From Enoplolaimus lenunculus (Eukaryota), in assembly GCA_030248215.1 (NCBI GenBank), contig JASANG010002922.1:124001-188000 (forward strand): DNA of 64,000 nucleotides. The letters are read 5' to 3'. The notes beneath the pieces were generated by a model, which had not been told where the DNA came from, did not search any database, and saw only the letters and a list, made by a program, of their open reading frames with translations. Position 1 is the first letter of the stretch. Each line of letters opens with the position of its first letter. A program made the translations under genes and the position numbers. This document shows, in pieces, positions 13,605 to 26,800 of this stretch.

Positions 13605-16600
13605 TGCGGTTATTTCAGAGAGCAACTATAACAAGCGAGCCTAAACTCCTGTAGGTGGGTGTGAAAATTATTCCATTGAACTGAGTCATATGTTGTGGTC
13701 TAGGTACACTGTTCGTTTGCTTGAATATGCATTTGAAACATCAGCAGTGTAGGTGGTTCTGCCACACTTAAACACATTTCAAATTAAAAACTAAAACTTA
13801 AAATAAAACCCTAAATCAAAACCACACCTTAAGGGAGTCCCTGGCTCCACCTAGTCTCTCTTAGAACTTAAGTTAGGCTTTAGGCGTTGCTACAAGGCGT
13901 AAAAATTAGTAAAACTATGCTATGGCGGCTGTGTCCGCAATGTCAAACTTACCTGGGCCGTGCGTGGCCGTAAAGTATCTGATGAATAGTGTTGCATAAC
14001 ATGTTGGTTATATTTTCGGCTAAAGACATAGCTAGGCTATGTCAGCACCAAAATGGTGCTTTGTGATTGGACATAATTGTTGTTGTCGTTGTAGGTATGG
14101 TGTTGTTGTGGCGGAAGTATACCGGGTGTGTGGCTCTGGACCTCAACCGCATAGCGGACACCCAATTGTGGGTGTCGGCGAAATGCAAATGAGGTCGAGA
14201 CGCGGATAGGGTAGCCAGGACCGGAATCATTCTAGTACTCATAGCTGGTGGAAACTGACGGATATTTTTGTGTAGTTGCGTTATACGGATTTTGCATTCG
14301 AATTACTTAGTACGGTTGGCGTGAAGGCGATATTTGGTAATTAGGTCGAGTTGAACGAGTTTAAGTATAGTCACGGTGGATTAAGTATGTGAAGGAAACC
14401 ACGGTGCATAGGTTCAATCGGAGTAGCGCAGGGCGCTTGGTTACCCAGTAAAGAATACTGGTGTTATGTGTTAAAGGGGGAACTTGGGAATAAACCGGAG
14501 AACCTGGGAAAAGTAGTTTAATAAATCTAACGGGGTTAGGTTTATTATTCTACAACGGCTGGGCCAAATCTAACGGGGTTAGATTGGTCGGAAATTTGGT
14601 GCGACTCTAACGGGGTTAGAGTGCACGGTTTAACAGGGTGTAATTCTAACGGGGTTAGAATTGCACGGATTCTGGAAAACGGCAAAAGTATTGGGAACGG
14701 TAAAGCAAGTGGCTGGATTAAACCAGATTCGGGCGTCGGCTTTAAGGATTCCGGCTCAGGTTGCCAGTTAAATTGCATAACCTGTGATTTACTGGTTAAA
14801 TATTGGATATTGGAATTATACAGGATTTGGGTTGGGGTTTTAATAAACGATTACCAGCCGCGTTTTACTAAATCAGAGCGATAAGCATACATCGAGGAAA
14901 GAACATAACAGGAGATACAGGATACAGGTTAAGTCAAAATCACGAACTTCTCACAAGCAGCATGCATCGTCCAACTTTTACACGTATTTTCGACGAAAAG
15001 TGTATTAATTTGTGTGTTAACCGTTCGGAAGAAAATTTAATTGAAAGTTTGAAATGCATTGACAGTTTGGAACGAGTTTAAAAGGTCTGTGAACTCTGAG
15101 AAACATATTAAGTTCCCGAAAAAGGATATTGCCAAGGTTTTGAAACCCTGCTTAAGTATAACTTAGTGCTCAATAGGGATGTACGTACTAAAGTAATTAC
15201 TTACAACATTTTGCCGTTTTTAAATGCTAACTTAAGTAGATACTTCAGTCGCTAAAACTAAATTTGATATATTGCAGACTATAAACAGTTCCAGTGTAAG
15301 AAACTTAGTCTAAATAAAACTGCAGACTCATGGTGCATCTTTAATATATAAAGCAAAACTATGGTTTTCTTGTAATGAGTATGGCTGTACATTTCGCGTT
15401 TATTTGTTTTTGCTGAAAATTTAACTTTAAGTAAATATTTAAGTAAGATTCCTGAAACCCAGTCAATTCAATACCACTTTTTAGGTAATGTTTTAATGTC
15501 ACACAGAGGATCAAATGGACATTGATCTTGCGAACGTGTACCTCTAATCAACAGCGAACTTCTGAGCCCCGATTCAAAATTATCATCTCCACTTATGTTT
15601 CGAAATTTCTACCGCTATGTACCGACGACAAATCGTAGTTTGGAAATTTTCATACAAGTTTACGGCCAATGTAAAAAACAGGGGCTGAACAGTATTATAA
15701 GCGTATTCCTAAACCAAAGCCTAAGCAAAGGAAACAATCAATTGAAAGCTTTTTTTCAAATGAGTATCCCATCTGGAACCGTGAAACTGAGTCAACGTCT
15801 GGCCTTGTGAAAAGCTTAGGTTTAGGATTAGGTTTATGCTCAGATATATGCGTTGATTCTATCGCCATACTGTGGCCTGGAATCACGGCGCTGTTTGTAC
15901 TTTGTCCTATACTTAAAGTCATAAACTGCAAGTTATTGAAAATGTTTTTTGAAAACGTTAATACTGAACTTCGTAACGTTTACATTTGTGTACATTGTTT
16001 GGATTGTTATTGGTTCATTATGCAAATGAGTAGAAGCGAGCAAGCAACCATCTGTAAGACGCACTCGCTGTCTTGTGACACTCGCAACTACTGGTGCAGC
16101 GAGCAAACTCGAAATTAACTGCTTGGTGCAATATAAAAGACTGGATTGCGGTTTAGAACAAAGGTGTAAGTGGCTAAACATTTTTTACCAGCGCTGTGCC
16201 TTGCAAGCGGAAATTTTCCGCGGGTATACCCGCGTCAAGCTCTTCTTACCCGTTTTCGCCTTTTATTGGTGTCGCTACATATGCAGCTTTATTATGTCCG
16301 TAGCCGACACACCTTGCTGGGGGGCTAAGAAATTTTTAGGAGGGTATATAAGGGTATTCATTGACTTTACAAGCAAACGTAAAAAAATTTTTAGGGGAAG
16401 AAAATTCTTCCTTATTAAACTGAGAACTCTGCACCCCCTCTGGCTACGGGCCCGAGCCTGTTTTGCACGCACATGAGTTTGAGTTGTAATGCAGTAATAG
16501 TTATGTTTTCATTATATACCAGTTTTGATCTCGGGTATAATAACATTGAACTGTCAACTTTACGTACCAACGAACGCGAACAATTTCCAAAATTTGGTTC

Positions 16601-17431
16601 AATTTATAAACTTATAACTTTGAACTCGCAAGGGATTTTTAGATTTTACAGTTTCGCTCTAAACTGAAAATTCAAGTTCAACAAATTAGCCTAAATTTAG
16701 AGCTGACGCTTTCAAAGTTTTGTTGTTTGCTAGTTTTAGAAACTCTGTGCTTTCAATGACAAACGGACATAAATGTTCAAATCTAGGTTTTTCATCGTAC
16801 AAGTATCTGTTCGGGTTGCGCTGTGATCCTGGGGAATCAAGGACGTATCTCGAACTATTTGCGAGCTCATTTAAGGATCAGGGGCGGAACGTTTTTCTGC
16901 GGGACTGCGATAGAGTAAACTTAAACTTTAGAGTTTAGAATATAGTTGCATTCGCTTAGGCTTATTTTTATGTATAAGCTCGTTTTAATGCTTAGTCTTA
17001 AGCTTAGGTATAAGCTTTTTCCAACTGTTAGGCTTACGCTTAGGAATATGCTTAATCTACTGTTTTACGGCGCTTTTCTATACATTGGCCATATTTGCTA
17101 AACACGCTTCAAAAACTCTAACAGTTTGATACACCAATATATTAACCTCCAGTTCGGAAAATTTTGTATCCGCCACCGGCCTTTTAACAAATTAAAATTG
17201 TTCGTTAAATGTTTTCAAAATATAGAATTTGCTACTGAATTTCAGTTACATTTTGCATATACAACTCGGTATGTCAGTGTCTACGCTAAAAAGCTTATTC
17301 TGGTGCAGATTAAACCAGATTTGTATAAATTTCATACGCGTTTGCCTGTAAAACAAGATTTAATTATACTTTATTTGATTAACAAGATCTGCTACTCGCC
17401 TTGCGGTAAGTTTTATGTTACGCCTTAAATT

Positions 17432-17632
17432 GGCCCATGTTAATACTTTCAGGGCCATCCCGGTTTCTGGTGGGTTCGTAAAAGAGTAAGTTTACATTCT
17501 AGGCTATATTTTTTGCTAAGGCTTTAGGCTTACGCCTGGGCTTAGGAATACGCTTTTGCAACGCTTAGGCTTAAGGCTTACGCTTAGGAATACGCTTAAT
17601 CAACTGTTACGGCCCTAAAAGTAACATTGGCC
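17432..17632. mobile_element. Family B Merlin-like MITE
   Basis: TSD CTTAAATT/CTTAAAGT. Confidence 0.8.
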
Positions 17633-19782
17633 CTTAAAGTTATAAGCTTATATTGTTGGTTAATTAACCTGAATAGCATTTGTTTAGCATGCATGTATAG
17701 TATCAATTTGCTCAAAACCATATTCTTAAGTACACGGTTTTGCAATAATTTTGTTTGGAAATCTGTGAGACACTTGCAACTATAAGTTATCGATACAAAA
17801 ACTTGCACGTAAAATAGAGTGTAATACTGTGAAACATGCTTGAATTTCAAGTTGCTTAAGTTACATTATTAAAGCTGTAACACCCCACATACGTATTTTT
17901 GGCACTATTAAAGTTCAGTAATAAAAACAATTTTTGAAGCTATAGTAAGGAGTTAAAAATTAAACAATTTGTAAAACTCGGTTTGAAATTTTTTTGAGTT
18001 GTTTCGTAATCGAAAGTTAAAAGATCAGGAGGTACCATGTGTTATTATTTAGTTATTCCTTACGGTTAAAACTACTAAATATGGTTCCTATTGTTTTTAA
18101 TCTCAACAAACTTTGTTTCATGTACCTACTCGTCTGATCTCGAAGATCTGTCCCTTATAAAAAATAGGGGCGAAGGGTTGTTTCGTGGGTCTGGAATACA
18201 GTAAACGTTAAGCTTTAGACTATTTTTGCTTAGGCTTAAGCTCAGGCTTAGGCTAAGGCTAGGCTTACGTATAAGCTCATTCTTATTCTTAAACTTAGGC
18301 TTAGTCTTACGCTTAGGCTTACGTTTTACACTTAGGCTTATAAGCTCATTCTTTACGGTTTGTATAGCTTAGACTTAGGCATACGCTTATACTACTGTTC
18401 CTCCCTCGTTCTATACATTGGCAGAAATACCTATAGAGCCACTGCTGTCGCTGTTGTCCATATAGATTGAATTGTTATATTTTTTATTTGTCCTGCCTTT
18501 CTGTAATGTTCAACGCTTTAGGTACCGTCCATAAAATTCAACGTAGGCTTACCAACTGGTGTACTAATTTGGCCAAACGGGTTCAAAGGGGCTTAGCGCC
18601 ATGTTGAAAAATATTAGCTTGTCTACAAACGTTTTAAACTTGGATTGTAAATTCATTTGAAATACAGTCACGTTCATCGTGAAAATATTTTAGTCCCCCC
18701 AAAAGCTTGCTAAGTATAGCTACCGGCTTATAGTAAGGTATGACGAATGAAAGTTTAATTCTTATTAACCGCCGCATACCGCGGCCGGCATAGGACCTGG
18801 AAGTGAAATGTAACCCAAGCAATAAAACAAGGCGGTTTTGTTGACACGTTGTTGTTAATCATTTTTTCGTTTACGATTAATCAAAACCGTTACAAATCGG
18901 GTCATGGAGCCTGATAAACCAGAAAACCAATCGAGGTAAGCGTATAATATATACACTTTAACGTCCATTTATGACAATAAGGCTCTGTCTACGAAGTCTA
19001 TAAGCACAATCCTAAGCTTATGCCTAAATCTAAAGCCTCTCAGTCTCTAAGTCTACTTAAAACGGACAGTGCACTCAGCCTAAGCCTAAATATAAGCATA
19101 AAGCTTTCAGGTTTCTAAGTTGGCCAGTGTCTTTGTCTTCCACTGAGCAGTCGCCTACAAACCCATTTTCGGAAAATGTTAGGTCTGCTTTTTGGGTCCC
19201 AGGAGCGAAACGTCCTTCTGCGGACGGCAATAAAGTAAACTTAAGCTTTGGACTAATTTTTTTCCTACCCCTAGGCTTAGGCTTAGACTTAACAAAAATT
19301 CTTATACTACTGTTGCGGTCCTGTTCTAAATATTGGCCAGTTTTTGACCAAAGATCAAATTATGGGGCTTGAAAACATTACATCTTAACTTGTGTCTTAC
19401 CATTTATCTTTATCCAATCTCTGTTGGACAGTCCGCTTTGCGGTAAACAATAGCGTAACATAGAAAAACTCGCTTAATAAGGCGGAAGTGGCAAAATATT
19501 GGAGAATTCCACAGTCGGAGTCGGTGAACATTAAACTTCGTTTCATTAAAAGTGTCGGTAAATGTTACAAAATTGTTAATTTGCACAATCATTGGTAAAC
19601 CGAGGTTGGAAATTAGATGATTTCCGCAATAAATTATCAAACATATCAACAATTGTACACTAACAACTCGAAATTATAGCGATGCTGCCGAATATCCGTT
19701 TCCGTTTTTTTGTATTTTGACTGCTATAGATGTCCGTTTCCGGTGTTTGCATAACTATTTATTGTTTCTGTATCAAACACAA

Positions 19783-19992
19783 CTCTGCAAACAGATGGGG
19801 AGTCAAATTGACTCTCTCCGAAATTGGCTTGTCGGGACGACACAAACTGAGCGAAAGTCGGCTCCGCCAGAGTCAAGTTCGACTCACTGATTCGCGCGTT
19901 TGACTCTGGCGGAGCTGAATTAGGCTCCGTTTGTGTAGTCCCGAAAAGCCTATTTCGGAGAGAGTTAATTTGACTCACCATTTTTTGCAGTA
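19783..19992. mobile_element. Family A CACTG MITE (diverged)
   Basis: Same palindromic body, mutated ends. Confidence 0.8.
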
Positions 19993-21147
19993 TATTAATT
20001 CTATAATTCTAAATGAATCGAAATCAGATGTCAATTTTTTTACTAGATCCGCTACTAATTACATCCAATTACCTTTATAATTAAACAGTATGAAGTTGAC
20101 TTTAATTTGAAAGCAATTTCTTATAAAATTAGAAAAAAATTAATGTTGTATTTTGAAAAGAAACGAGCTTTTCAGCCACAGAATATCAGCAAATGGGGTT
20201 ATGGGCACTACTATCAGTTTGGCAGCAATTAAAGTTTTATGCAACTATTTTGAGTTTGACATTGATCTAGCTTTAGCTTGTTGGACCCATTTATAAAACA
20301 CGGCCGTAGCAGTAGTATAAGCATATTCTTAAACCAAAGCCTAAACGTAACAATGAACATTCACTAAGCCTGTGCAAAAAAAGTTGGTCTAAAGCTAATC
20401 TTACTCTATTGCAGTCCCGCAGAAAACCCTTCCGTTTTTGATCTTTGCATGTTCCGCTAGTTGTATATATGGCCAAGTGTTGCGTCTCTTTCGTTTCGTA
20501 CACAGCGGCAGCATAGTCTATCGGTATGCCCAAAGAAACGGAAAAGACACTCCCTCTTATTCCGGGTTCGTTCCTATTCCGTTGCGATTACTGACTCGCT
20601 GATCAATCCTCAGCAATTTGCTTACTTGTTTTAAGATCCAATATTTTCGTCGCCTTTTTGACTGCTGACCCCATCCAACATTAATTCCTCGGCACTAAAG
20701 TGGCGTCCGCAGAAAATTATGTTCCGGAGGGGTGGCACCGAATAATTCTGAGGCGCCCCTACAATTGCAACTCAAGATTGTTTACTTTTACCCCGAGTTA
20801 ATTTGGGGGGTACCAGCCAAATTTGGCGGGGCATGGCTCCCCCCCTAATGCCCCCCTCCCCCGCGGAGACACCCGTGACAGCACGTCACTATCATCATAG
20901 TTCTGTATCAGCGTTGTGAATGTTTCGTTGAACTAGCTGAACCAGAATTAATAATAGATACGGCCTAATTTCATGATCAGCACAGTTGAAGTTTGGCTAT
21001 AAAAGTTTTTAGGTTCACCACTGAACAGCGCATGTGTAGAGATTTTCTCAAAGCGATATCTTTATTGTTTCTTTCAATAATTCACAAGCACTGCGGCCTA
21101 ACAGTTCATCCTAAGATTCGTTAAAACAGAGTTTGGGATACTGAGTG

Positions 21148-21356
21148 CACTGCAAAAAATAGTGAGTCAAATTGACTCTCTTCGAAATAAGCTCTACGGG
21201 ACTACACAATCTGAGTCAAATTTGACTCCAACAGAGTCAAATTCTGCTCACTGGGTTGCACGTTTGACTCTGGCGGAGTCGAATTTGACTCAGTTTGTGT
21301 AGTCCCGTACAGCCTATTTCGGAGAGAATCAATTTGACTAATCATTTTTTGCAGTG
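21148..21356. mobile_element. Family A CACTG MITE
   Basis: Same TIRs, TG TSD. Confidence 0.85.
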
Positions 21357-21477
21357 TGTGTTCGTACTATTTAAGGATAAAGTTTAATTATGGTAGCAGT
21401 TGAAAATATTCTCATTAACCCTTTCTCAAATGAACATATATACACATCTGAGAAGTAATTTTGAGGTAAATTTCGTA

Positions 21478-21697
21478 CACTGCAAAAAATGGTGGGTCAA
21501 ATTGACTCTCTCCGAAATAGGCTTTTCCGGACTACACAAACTGAGTCAAAATTCGACTCCGCCAGAGTCAAATTAGTCTAAATGACTCGTTCAGTGAGTC
21601 GAATTTGACTCTGGCGGAGTCGAATTTGACTCAGTTTGCGTAGTGCAGAAAAGCCTAATTCGGAGAGAGTCAATTTGACTCACCATTTTTTGCAGTG
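21478..21697. mobile_element. Family A CACTG MITE nested in a piggyBac-like MITE remnant (21415-~21740)
   Basis: TA TSD. The flanks join into the TTAACCCTTTCTCA...GGGTGGGAGGCGTTTACGATGACCACT sequence also seen at 53769-54039. Confidence 0.85.
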
Positions 21698-22421
21698 TAC
21701 CCTGGTCTCATGGGTGGGAGGCGTTTACGATGACCACTCCGTAATGAAAGTTTTAAATGCTACTCCCTGTGTGTCAGGGTGTAACCGGAGTTAAAAAATA
21801 CCGGTGCCGGAGCAGTAGGTCAACAAGATTTGCCGGATATAAAGGTGAAGCGGAGGAGAGGCGAAATTAGGTAGTTAAAATAATGTTTTTAATTAGCCAA
21901 TTTTAGCAAATACCTGTAAGATACCGTTAAATTTTTTAGTTCTGCGCATGTTTGTTACCAAATCTCGGCAATTTTTTCGTAAAAATTGTACCAAAAGTTA
22001 TAACGAAACGCACCAAACAAAGTCTGTAAAACTGTGCAAAATTTCATTACCGAAAATGCCGAAATCTCCGCAAGAAATTTTACCTGAGCCGAAGGTCGAT
22101 TTTTAACAGAAGCCGGAAGAAGACCTCAGATTCCACCATGCTGTGGGTATATTCCTCTATATCATTTGTATTTAGTCGGTCTGTTCCCTAGAAATAAATA
22201 TGGTGCCCGAATCTAAGCAAGTATTACCCTAAAGACTATAAGCATTACTATTACAAAAACAAGTGTGGGGGGGTGGGGTGTGGTAAATTTTTCTGAATAT
22301 TAAATTTACAATGCAATAGTATGAGGAACGTAAACAAGTACCCAATTACAAAAGAAACTAAATCCTTCCGCAATTAGTTTTAGGCTCTGCAAGAATTTCA
22401 CTTTGTTAGCGTATGACTGTA

Positions 22422-22550
22422 CAGTGCAAAAAATGATGAATCAAATTGGCAAACTCCGAAATAGGTTCTACAGGACTACACAAACTGATACTAATTCGAC
22501 TCTGCTAGAGTCAAACGTGCTACTCATTTGACTCATCATTTTTTGCAGTG
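22422..22550. mobile_element. Family A MITE, internally deleted
   Basis: Both ends present, right arm largely missing. Confidence 0.75.
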
Positions 22551-23464
22551 TAGCTGAGTAGCAGGTAATGGAAAATATTAATGTTCATTTCCTTTTTTCA
22601 ATCACCAGCGACTGAATTTTTTTGCAAACATTTTGACTGTTTGCAGCTGCAATTAAATTGTTTTATGCAGTGTCTAAAACTTGCTTGCGCAATCAATTTG
22701 CATGCGCTCAATTGATTATTTGTACGAATGTGGTATACACAAGTCGAGCCATGTCATGATGAAAGGTAAAAAACCTAAAATTTTCTGAGATTTGAGCTGT
22801 CGAACAAATAAAACTCGTTTTGCCACAGTTTTAAACATTTAATTTTCCATTCTGACAAAATGAATCAATATTAATGTTTATATGCTTTTTTCAAATGTTT
22901 GCTCATTTAAAAGTAACTACGATATATTGGCTTAGGAAAAGGTTTAGCCAAAAAGGCTAAGCTTAGGTTTAAGAATTTTTTTAAACCTGAGCCTAAGCCG
23001 TAGCTTGAACCTAAGCATAAAACTGCGAGGAGAATGGGTGCAAGGGCCTATTTGGATACTAGTTCTAGTCTTCAAATGAAGCGTGGCCCGAGTTATATAC
23101 ACATGAATGCGACATAACATTTTAGTGCAGCCGATGATGAACATTGAAGCTTCCGAACTCTAGTATACCCGTTATAACGTTCAAAAAGCTTCAGTAGACA
23201 TCACATCGAAACCAAAACCTTGAGTCAAAAATTTTTGCTGCCAGCTACTAAACTCATCAATCAATATGGGTGGACTTGAATTTGACGTACACTTTGAAAT
23301 TTGTAAATCACTTTATACTTACTCTTCGAACAATATTACGATGTAACGAAGCTTAAAAATAGGTCATTTTATTGCTTAACTTTGACAACAAGTATATTTA
23401 TTGAAATTGAATTTTATCTGCTAAATTTACGTTTAGAAAAATTGGCCTAAACCATTAGTCATAC

Positions 23465-23791
23465 CAAGAGTGAATGATGTCCACCTTTGCAGAAGAGTGT
23501 GAAACTGCTTGAGCTGTGCACGGTACTAAATGTACCAGCACGCGTTGCATTTTTGTTCGACCCCCCCAATCAGGGGGGTTTAAGCAACAGATTAACCGTG
23601 TGCTTCAGTACACCTACTCCCCCTTAAACGGGTACAATTTGCTTCCAGCATTACTACGATATAAAACTGCATACAGACCCCCCTAAACAAGGGGGTAGGC
23701 CAAAAACGCAACGCGTGCCGGGTACATTCTTTAATACACAGAATGCACCCAGTTGCACACTCCTGTTATAAAGAGTGATCATCCACTCTTG
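23465..23791. mobile_element. P/Galileo-like MITE (family E)
   Basis: CAAGAGTG...CACTCTTG termini, 7-bp TSD GTCATAC/GTAATAC. Confidence 0.8.
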
Positions 23792-23864
23792 GTAATACCG
23801 ATTACTTACATTAGCTATGTAATTTAAGCGAATACTTATTATTAATTATAGATTCGCTAAAATC

Positions 23865-26800
23865 ATGGCACTGATGTCGTTCGCTCAATCCCGTGGTCAA
23901 AAGCTATTCAAAGATCCGTTACCATCAACTGGGATCGGCATTGGGTCTGCGAATCCGGTTGGAGGCACAGCGGCGTTGACCGGGTTCGCTGCTGCTCAAA
24001 CGATTGCCGGGGTTGCAACTCCAGCAGTGCTTGATCGAGAAGGCAGCGCCGCTGGTTCGGTGGTTTTCCGCAGTGGGGCGCAAACGCATCATTCTGGTGA
24101 TGCGTTATTTTTGTTGCCAGGTATGCATCTTTCACAGTATCTTGCACACACCGTCTCATACTTTTCACATTCCTACTACGAAATTGATAACGAGCGTAGT
24201 GCTGCTGTTACAACTATACCGGAATTGTTTACTGTTAACTCAGAAATAATCAGACATAACTAATTCTGTCTGATTTGGTTAATCAACTCATTGGAATGTA
24301 CAGTGAAGTTGAACCATCCACCTTAACCCTATTTACAGTTTTCTGTAATTTTTTCAAGATAAAGACAGACATACGGAGGTGAATCCAGAACTTTCTGACG
24401 GGTGGAGTCGGTTTGGCAAAAATTATGAACCGCAAATTTTACTGTATGCTGTATATGTGCCAATTTTCTGAGGGGGGGAATTGTTATGCAGGGACCTTAC
24501 GATTTGATCACAAAAAAATTTCTGATGGTGGGCTTCCTCTCTGGATCCGCTGTTGCAGACGAACTATCTTGAATCTGCAAAAAAATCAGTCTATGCCGGT
24601 GACGATCAAAAATTTTACAAAATTGACGAAAACTGTCTTTATTTATACACAAGAAATCACCAAATCGATCCCAGTGGAATTTTAAGCTGAACTGTTGCAC
24701 CAAGAAATGAACCAGAGATGTCATATAACCTAATATATGAGAACCTAAAAACGGCGCCAGGTTATACACCACTTTTTTTGAATTCATAGACCTTTGCGTT
24801 TTTTAAAAAATAATTTGTCCCAAAGGGCAGTTGTATGAGATGCTGGCAAAATTGGTGTTGAACCAAGCGTTAAACTGGTGAAAATTTGAGCCCGAAACAG
24901 TTTTAATTTGTTGACCTGATTGGCTGAAGCTATTAATGGGCGTTTTTTTCGTTTACATTGTCGACCAGAAAATCGAATAACTTGTTCAATGGTGCTATGA
25001 AAATATGTGGTGCATGGCATGCCAAGTATATTTGTTTTCAATTTAACCGTTTGGTACTGGCATGGAAAGAATGACCAATGTATAGTTCTGGGCCGAAACT
25101 GCCGTACTATGCATATTCGTAAGGCTAAGACATAACACAAATGTAAAAATGAGCTTATATCTAAGTGTAAGCCTAACCTAAGCCTAAGCCAAAGCAAATA
25201 ATATTCTTAGGCTTAATTGAAAATTTGACAATTAAATTTAAGCGTTTGGTACATCTGAGGTAAATATATCTCTCGCCTGTACCCAATGGCGGATCCATGG
25301 GGGGTCACCCCGGCCGTGCCCCCCCCCAACAGCATCTCGACAAAAATTATATAGTGTCAACTGCTGTTGTACGTTGTTTAATATTTCTCCGTTTTACACA
25401 CAATAGTATAAGCACGCTTTAACGTTTCGAACTCACCTTTATTTGGCCCTGGAGTCATTTATGCGGTACAGTTAGTGATAATAGACATTTATGGATTCTA
25501 ACAAGGGTTTAAGGACTCTACCCGCTTACGGACTCTTAATAGGGATACGGGCTCCTATTAATTGGAACTCAAAATGGGGACCCCCTCTTATTTGGGTCAC
25601 TACAGTATGGGTCAAAATAAGTTTATTACCTGTGAAATTTTGCCCCCCATTTTGAGATCCTGGATCCGCCACTGCCTGTACCAAGAGGTTAAACATGTGC
25701 GTAATATGCAGTAAAATAGTAGTAGAATGCTAATGGTTAGTAATTTCATACCTTGCAGTTAGGCTGTTTGAATCTTTCCAGATAAATTTGATAATTTTTT
25801 AGTTGTTTTGAATTTATACTTGGACAACATTTTACGTTATTAAAGTTATGATTTGCAGGTTCATGGTTTATGGGGGCCCCTTTGCAGTTTCCCCCGCCAT
25901 TATGCAAATATGGGAAGAACTTTTTCATCACTTGTAACATAAAAATGTAATGTTTTTCTGTTTTAAACACTAGTTTTTTGTACGAAATTTTTTCGTCTAT
26001 TTTGCGTTATGTTATATTTAGGTGTTGCCTTTTCACCTACACTGCAAGAAATGCTGAGTCAAATTGATTCTCTTCGAAATAAGCTCTAATGGACAACGTA
26101 TACTGAGTCAAATTCGACTCCATCAGAGTCAAACGTGCGACTCAGTGACTCGAATCTGATTCTGGCGGAGTCTAATTTGACTCAGTTTGTGTATTCCCGT
26201 AGATCCTATTTCGGAGAAAGTCAATTTGACTCATCTTTTTTGCAGTGTATACTCCCTGGTGAGGGAGCACTACCAAAGTGCCGATTATGTTGCAATTTTG
26301 TAAATAATATATAAGAAATATATATATATATATAAATATATATTTATTTATTTTATTTATTTATGTATTTATTTACTTATTTATATATTAAGTCAATTTT
26401 CACGCATAAGCAATTACCATTCGTCTTTCAGCTACAAAAATTGTCTTGGGACCATACAAAAAAAAGTACCGCTAAGATTAGAAATCTTAATATTGCGACT
26501 ATTCACCGCTAAACCGTTTTATCCGTGATAGGACGGCTTTTATACAGGATTCGTCGGGGTTCCAGTTCAGATTTTGAATTAGATATGAGAGAAAATACTT
26601 AATTTTTGAATGCAAAATAAATTTCGCTGACTTAACGATCGACTCCACTCTGATTGGTTTTTAATATGCTTTTAAACGGTATTTTGGTTGCAGTCAAATG
26701 TTTTTGTACGTGTAATACCTATAAGTGTCGTAGTAGATTTGATTGCGACTGAGCATAACCTTTGGCCTAGAACTTCGCACAAGGAAATGGATCCGTATAT

